Source: Octopus sinensis (Eukaryota). From it: a stretch of DNA of 14,479 nt. Below, in pieces: positions 8,348 through 14,479 of this stretch. Location of the stretch: positions 1 to 14,479 of the forward strand of contig NW_021825825.1 in the NCBI RefSeq assembly GCF_006345805.1, read 5' to 3'. Every line of letters starts with the position of its first letter. Position 1 is the first letter of the stretch. Both the position numbers and the translations under genes were made by a program. The notes under the pieces are model-generated. The model searched no databases. It was given only the letters and a program-made list of their open reading frames with translations, and was not told the DNA's origin.

Positions 8348-10261
8348 TTATTCTTATCCTCGTCATCATCATAAGTGTTTTTTAAATCCGTGTTATTATT
8401 CTGGTTCCTGCTTTATATTCATATAAACCCGGACTCAAATTGTATCTCTGAAACGCAATAAATAATATGCTACTCGTATGCTACTATTCTTCATAGTATA
8501 TGACTTATTGAATATAGTACATCTTCAACTTTATAAAGATTGATGTCACGAGGTATATCGCCGCTGGATTTTCCCAATGTAATTTTTACATAAGGCTTAA
8601 TACTCCAGTAGTCACTTGTATTATATTGGTCTTCATATACCACATCCTGCTGCTTTAATACTCCAGGTGTTTTTAGTTGGTCAACTTCAAAGAGTCTACG
8701 ATGTAAAGGTCTTTTGGAAGGTTATTGCAATGTCGATACACACACACAACCTCTTCTTTTTGTTCTTGATATTGATGGCAAATTTGCAGCTGATGTTTGA
8801 GAGATTTACTAAAGTGTAGTGAACAGAAAAACAGCCGGTAGATTACCCACACGCATGATGTATATATGTATGTATGTATGTATGTTCCAAAATGGATGTA
8901 ATTTTGGAATTAGACCGGTGTAATTCGGAATAGCGGCGCGTCTTTGTATGATTTCCAAACATTATGGAGCATTATTCTGAATATATTTTCGTTTTATCTC
9001 CACAACTAAAAGACTTCGGGCAAGGTATAAATCTAAGATTTACAATTCACAATTAAGAATTAGAAAAAATTATCCTCTACGTCACAGTAATTATATAAAT
9101 TATGAGTGCATATTGCAAAAGAACGGAAAAAATGTTTCAAGGTTTTCTTGTAAAAAATATGTACCTTTAAGATTCTACATGTGATTGTTTGCAAAATGGG
9201 CGAAAACCTTTGAGTAGCTTATAATGCTCGTGATTATAATACTGTGCGCTTGCTTTCTGTAACATATGATCTTTTCATCATAATATTCTATTATTCCATT
9301 TAAAATGATTACCACGTAGTGTCCATGAAAGCTCTCTCTCTCTCTCTCTCATAATATATATATATATTATATATTATATATATATATATATATCTTCTTT
9401 GCTCTGTCTCTCTCTCTCACTCTAGATGTCAAATCATATGCAGAAGGGCTGAAACAATACTTAAATTTGCTCATCTCTGCATAAGTAGCAAGAACAATTT
9501 GTGAGAGCTTTGTATATGCTACAAAGTGGAACATATTTTCAAAAGAATCCTATGCATTAAGTATGCATAAATACTGATACACATGCGCTTCTATGCATGC
9601 ACTCGCAGAGAGGATTGCTCGAATTATGATCGGTGCTGACCGTAGGCAACATAAAAAAATTACAGCGAACAATCGATATAACAAACGTGCGATTAATCGA
9701 AATATCTTTAACGTTAGATATCATTTTATCAACACAGTAGTGATGTCGATGACTAATGATTCATTCCTTGATACTTTTCTCTACTCAAGGGTTTGAGAAT
9801 TATTCTATAAGACAAAGATCAGAACACACTTTTGATACAGTGATATTCCAATGTAACTTAGAGAGCATCGTAATAATACACCGTGTCTCTGGTCACTCAC
9901 TAAGCGGGATATATTTCATAACTTCAAACACATGAAATCATATATAAATAATATTGTATACAAATATAGCGTATATCTATATTCATATATACTTTCTTTC
10001 CATTGAATATATTTGTATATCTCCAACTGTTATTTTACCTCTGAATCTCTCTCTCTAAACTCCATCCTTTCACCCTTAAGTTCTGACTATTAGTTTTTAT
10101 GGCTATATCTCTCTAAACGTATTTTACTGATCTTCCATTTTATTTAATTTCCCTATATTGAAACTCATCGTTTATTTTTGCAAGGATTCACTTTGAAAAT
10201 CGAATCAATTATTATATTTCTTTGCCGGTATAAAATATATCGTAAATCACATATCTACACA

Positions 10262-10790
10262 AATATATATCTACACACACACACACACACACCACACACA
10301 CACACACCACACACACACGCATACACACACACACATACACACACATATATATTTATATATGTATATATATACATATATACATACATATATATATATTGGT
10401 TTGTGTGTTCATATAGAAATATATGAAGGAGAAAGCGATAATAAAGTGTAATAAACATGAATATTGAAGTAAAACTATATTCACCTTTCACACACATAAG
10501 CGCACTATATACAGAAAGACACAGTAAGTAGATGCGTACGTACATACATACATACATACATATATACACACACACACACACACACATAATATATATATAT
10601 ATTATATTATATATATATAATATATATAGATATTATACATATATATATTAATATATATATATTATATATATATATATATATATACATAATATGTATAGAT
10701 AGATATGAGATAGATATAAATATACTATAATATATATATATATATATTCACAAACACATACACATACACATACTGACGTGCATATATATT
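10262..10790. repeat. Compound (CA)n/(TA)n/(TACA)n microsatellites (10262-10395 and 10540-10790)
   Basis: Directly visible. Confidence 0.9.
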
Positions 10791-11668
10791 AACGTATACT
10801 TCAGGTATATGTGTAAAGATAGATATTTAGATAATATAATACACATTTGTTTGTACGTATCATTATCTATCTAATAAAAGTTTTCGCTCGCTTTTCCCTA
10901 TGATTGTATCTCACAAACAGAGGCAAAGCTGCATATACTAATGCAAAAAGCTTTCATAATGTAAGAAACAGCAATAAACTCTCGGATTTATACATATGAC
11001 ATTTGTGTGCGATTTGAGAACATAAAAGGAAGGACTGGCGCAGTTTGGCTAGATTTAAAGATGTGTGACAGCTATATGCAAGAAGACATCTAACATAACT
11101 TAGGAAACGAATAAAATCCTAAAGAGTGCATGATAAATATGGTAATAACGTACGTGATGTGTACACCATGGGGAAAATTTTATATATAGCCACGGTCGAT
11201 GCTTAATATCAATAAAGTGTATTACAATTCAATTCAGTTAATTTTATGTATCCCTAGGAATTCACTTTATATACTGATTATCTCAAAGTTCATATTTATT
11301 CTAGCGTGCAATAGATTATGTTATGAGGAGGAAGAATACACCGAAGGAAAATGCTATAGTTCAGTAAACTGAGAACCAACTGGGGAACAGCTGTCGCAAT
11401 AACTTTCCGCTTCTAATATTCTGAGGAATATCACACCAAATGAAAGGTGCAATATTGTAATATTCTTCTTAGATTCCTTCATCAAATTTATATAATAATC
11501 GTATCTTATTGTTTTTGCTATCAGTCGCTTTTATGGCCGTTTGTCTCTATTTCTAGATATCTTGAATGCAGTGTTGCTATCCAAATTGCTTGTGCAAAGA
11601 GTTAGACGGAAGCACACAGGTTTATACACAATCAAACACATACACATATATATATATATATATGTATG

Positions 11669-11872
11669 TAACGGGAAGCTTTATGAAAATAAACAAAAGA
11701 CGAAGGCAGATGGAATACAAACGAACAATTGTATTAGTATGGCGCTCAGGAATATAAAAAAAAAACAAGTCTTTTACGTTTCGAGCCTACGCTCTTCAAC
11801 AGAAAAGAAACACGGAGAGAAACAAGGAGAGAAAAAAAAATGCGTGCAGAAGCTAGCGAATCAACATGGCGA
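11669..11872 (-). mobile_element. ~205-bp microsatellite-flanked element with a hammerhead-like motif, copy 2
   Basis: The reverse complement aligns along its length with 5215-5426. Flanked by (TA)n/(TATG)n on one side and tgtatgtatgcac/(CA)n on the other. Confidence 0.75.
11771..11806 (-). ncRNA. Minimal type-I hammerhead ribozyme-like motif with variant core
   Basis: Minus strand UUUU-CUGUUGA-A-GAGC-guag-GCUC-GAA-ACGU-A-AAAG: stem I of 3 Watson-Crick pairs plus a G.U, 4-bp stem II, palindromic stem III, GUA cleavage triplet. The core departs from CUGANGA. Confidence 0.6.
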
Positions 11873-11924
11873 TCATGTATGTATGCACAGAGACACGCAC
11901 ATACACACACACACACACACATTA

Positions 11925-12262
11925 TTTTTCTCTGTTTCAGTCATTTGTCTGCAGCAATGCTGGAGCACCACCTTTAGTCGAAAACTCCACCCCAGGACTT
12001 ATTGTTTGCGTGTCTTGTACTTTTTTCAATCGGTCTCTTTTGCCGAACCGCAAAGGTACGGATCGCAAACACACCAACATCGGTCTTCAAGTGCTAGTGA
12101 GGGGATAAACACAGACACAAACACACATACAGACACAGACACACATATACACACATCCATCCATCCATCCATCCATCCATACCTATATATATATGCATAC
12201 AAACATACATACATATATACATATATATTATATATATGTATGTATGTATGTATATACGTATG

Positions 12263-12307
<45 letters not shown>

Positions 12308-12457
12308 TATATATAATATATATATATATGTGTGTATGTGTGTGTGTGTGTGTGTGTGTGTATACAGGACGGGTTTCTTTCAGTTTCCGTCCAGCAAATC
12401 CACTCCCAAGGCTTTGGTAGAGCCGGGGCTATTATAGAAGGAACTTGCCCAATGTGC
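11925..12457 (-). mobile_element. CORE-type SINE, 5'-truncated, with expanded internal compound microsatellite
   Basis: Minus strand gcacattgggcaagttccttcta resembles the CORE motif CCTTGGGCAAGTCACTT. Body and tail are homologous to 7878-8347. Internal repeat at 12110-12363 of (CA)n, (CATC)n, (TA)n and (TG)n. The tRNA head is missing. Confidence 0.88.
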
Positions 12458-12699
12458 ATATAAAACCGAGTATGAAACAAGGCATTCGCATATTTGACAA
12501 GAGTGGGCGTATGCCAACATTATACAACATCCATTCTCCTCGATTCTACAATCGCTTTCGCAGAGCAGTATCGGGAAAACTCTGAGATGCAGTTTGAGTT
12601 CAAAGGTTGGTTTCTGCCTTAATGGGTCAACGAAACCGATTTCTAAAATCAAACGGGGCAGCTCTACAGTTCTGCACTGTGTAAATATTACGTATACGC

Positions 12700-12735
12700 A
12701 CGTGCATGGACACACACACACCACTCACGCATATA

Positions 12736-12783
<48 letters not shown>

Positions 12784-12792
12784 CTATGTATG

Positions 12793-12845
<53 letters not shown>

Positions 12846-12870
12846 TATATATACATATATATAAACATAA
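12700..12870. repeat. Compound (CA)n/(TA)n/(TG)n microsatellite
   Basis: Directly visible. Confidence 0.97.
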
Positions 12871-12909
12871 ACATAACGATAACTCTATTCAACGTAAACA
12901 TAACGTCGT

Positions 12910-12948
12910 AAGAAATTTGAAAAGCTAAACGCGAAACCGGTCTTTCTT
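12910..12948 (+). ncRNA. Minimal type-I hammerhead ribozyme-like motif, second family, U3-A8 core
   Basis: AAGAAA-u-UUGAAAA-GC-uaaac-GC-GAA-ACCGGU-C-UUUCUU: 6-bp stem I, 2-bp stem II, palindromic stem III ACCGGU, GUC cleavage triplet. Lies in a ~240-bp island (about 12871-13115) between (TA)n tracts. Confidence 0.6.
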
Positions 12949-13143
12949 CTAAACTATGTCATTGTAAGGAAAAAAAAAAAATTTTAATATTCTTCAGACA
13001 TATTGACGCAAATATATATATCTTTTAACCTTTAAGCCTTCTGTAGTTTTTTCACTTTTTACTATTTTCTATATATTCAACCACGTGCTTTCACAAACCA
13101 ACTTTCTTATCTACATATATATCTATATATTTATATATATATA

Positions 13144-13175
<32 letters not shown>

Positions 13176-13500
13176 CGTATGTATGTATGCGTGTCGGTGT
13201 ATGTGTGTGCGTACGTTTGTGTACACATCTATGCATACCTGCTTAATGGCCTACACGGGTACTATTCTAAGAAGTTGAAAATATTCAGTCATGTATCGTT
13301 AATTGTGGTTGATGGCACTCGAGATTATATATTTTTGTAGAAATGCATGTTATTTTGCATACAGACACATCTATAGAAACGCATGCACAAACACAAACTA
13401 ACAGAAACAACACATATTCACACACACACCTTCCACGCTGCAATGTTTTCGTTCCAGCACACGATCTCAGATCAAGTCACTCGCTATGCAAGTACATCTG

Positions 13501-13531
<31 letters not shown>

Positions 13532-13571
13532 ATATATATATATAATATATTTTTTTTTTTTTTTTGATTTT

Positions 13572-13613
13572 TCCAGTTTCAGCTCATGAGCTGCGGCTAT
13601 GTGGGGCACCGCC
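13572..13613 (-). mobile_element. SINE 3'-tail fragment next to a poly(T) run
   Basis: gtttcagctcatgagctgcggctatgtggggcaccgcc resembles 11934-11970 (gtttcagtcatttgtctgcagcaatgctggagcaccacc). Contains the palindrome cagctcatgagctg (13580-13593). Poly(T) at 13550-13565. Confidence 0.65.
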
Positions 13614-13617
13614 ATTT

Positions 13618-13620
13618 ATA

Positions 13621-13709
<89 letters not shown>

Positions 13710-13800
13710 CAGATATATATTATAATATACATTTATATATACATATATATAATATACATAAAGTATATATATGAGTGTGGTGTGTATGTGTGTGTACATA
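13618..13800. repeat. (TA)n/(TG)n microsatellite
   Basis: Directly visible. Confidence 0.97.
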
Positions 13801-13889
13801 GTTATCTGCATGCGGGATATCCTGAAGTATGTGGCGATGAATACTTTGTATACGAAAATATCAATAGACATTCTTTCATTTTTCTTCAG

Positions 13890-13954
13890 AAAACCTAGTT
13901 CTCATTTGAAAATAATAACAGGTCATATAAATATCTTGTCTCGTCTGGATATAG
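13890..13954 (+). CDS. Candidate 65-bp exon of an unidentified transcript
   Basis: Strong acceptor ttctttcatttttcttcAG and strong donor ag|GTAAGG. One frame is open ([21 protein letters not shown]). No family recognised; it could be non-coding. Confidence 0.3.
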
Positions 13955-14224
13955 GTAAGGTGGGTTGGGTGGTGATATCGCAATCCCCTCTCCTTCACAC
14001 AAACTCAATGCACACCGCATCGATTTTTCTGTGATACATATGTGTTCTATATATCAATTTCATTTTCACAGATCTTCTTCTATCCTCTCATTTTACAATA
14101 TCCTATTTATTTGTGTTTCTTTCAATATACCATCCATGATTTATTTACAAATGTGTCTGCACCTAAAACATCGTTACACACATATCTATGTTCGTGTGCT
14201 GGATGAATACACACCACATTTGGA

Positions 14225-14274
14225 TATATATATGAGATATATAGATAAATATATATATATATATATATATATCT

Positions 14275-14308
<34 letters not shown>

Positions 14309-14318
14309 ATAGATACAC

Positions 14319-14349
<31 letters not shown>

Positions 14350-14479
14350 CTATATATCTATATATATATATATGTGTGTGTGGGGGTGTGTGTGTATAAA
14401 TTATATATATATAATATATATATTTATATATATATCAGTCGATCGATAGATATAAACACAAATATAGATATAGTATTTT
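14225..14479. repeat. (TA)n/(TG)n/(TAGA)-rich microsatellite running to the window end
   Basis: Directly visible. Confidence 0.95.

Noticed and set aside
11415-11456. CTGAGGA...GAAA flanked by aatatt, a hammerhead look-alike
   Set aside because: The position pairing with A15.1 is G rather than U, so there is no NUH cleavage site, and a competing cacc/ggtg hairpin overlaps GAAA. Likely chance.
11541-12437. Longest ORF (298 aa, plus strand)
   Set aside because: It runs through the hammerhead element, a SINE and microsatellites. Its length comes from stop-poor repeats and it has no protein-like continuity.
1660-14312. Numerous YI/HT/CV-rich ORFs
   Set aside because: They are direct translations of (TA)n, (CA)n and (TG)n tracts.
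1-14479. CRISPR array, rRNA or prokaryotic/viral operon structure
   Set aside because: No regularly spaced repeat-spacer units, no rRNA-like sequence and no dense coding. The window is eukaryotic repeat-rich DNA.

Overview
AT-rich, microsatellite-saturated eukaryotic DNA. The repeat families look like those of a coleoid cephalopod, most likely Octopus; this is recognition from memory, not a database hit. No protein-coding gene can be identified with confidence, and most supplied ORFs are translations of (TA)n/(CA)n/(TG)n tracts or of repeats. Supported content: tRNA-derived SINEs of three types (a Meta-like family, a V-like family, and a CORE-type family with an internal microsatellite), a 5'-truncated CR1-type LINE end inserted into a SINE tail with an 8-bp TSD, a decayed mariner-type MITE, a 141-bp tandem duplication, and a 195-bp foldback with arms matching at 92 of 93 positions. 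The most interesting signal is three minimal type-I hammerhead-ribozyme-like motifs with non-canonical cores, each in a ~200-250 bp island between simple repeats. Two are copies of one family (5215-5426 + and 11669-11872 -); the third (12910-12948 +) is a different family. They resemble Penelope-like-element pLTRs or non-LTR retrozymes. A few splice-site-bounded candidate exons are reported at low confidence.
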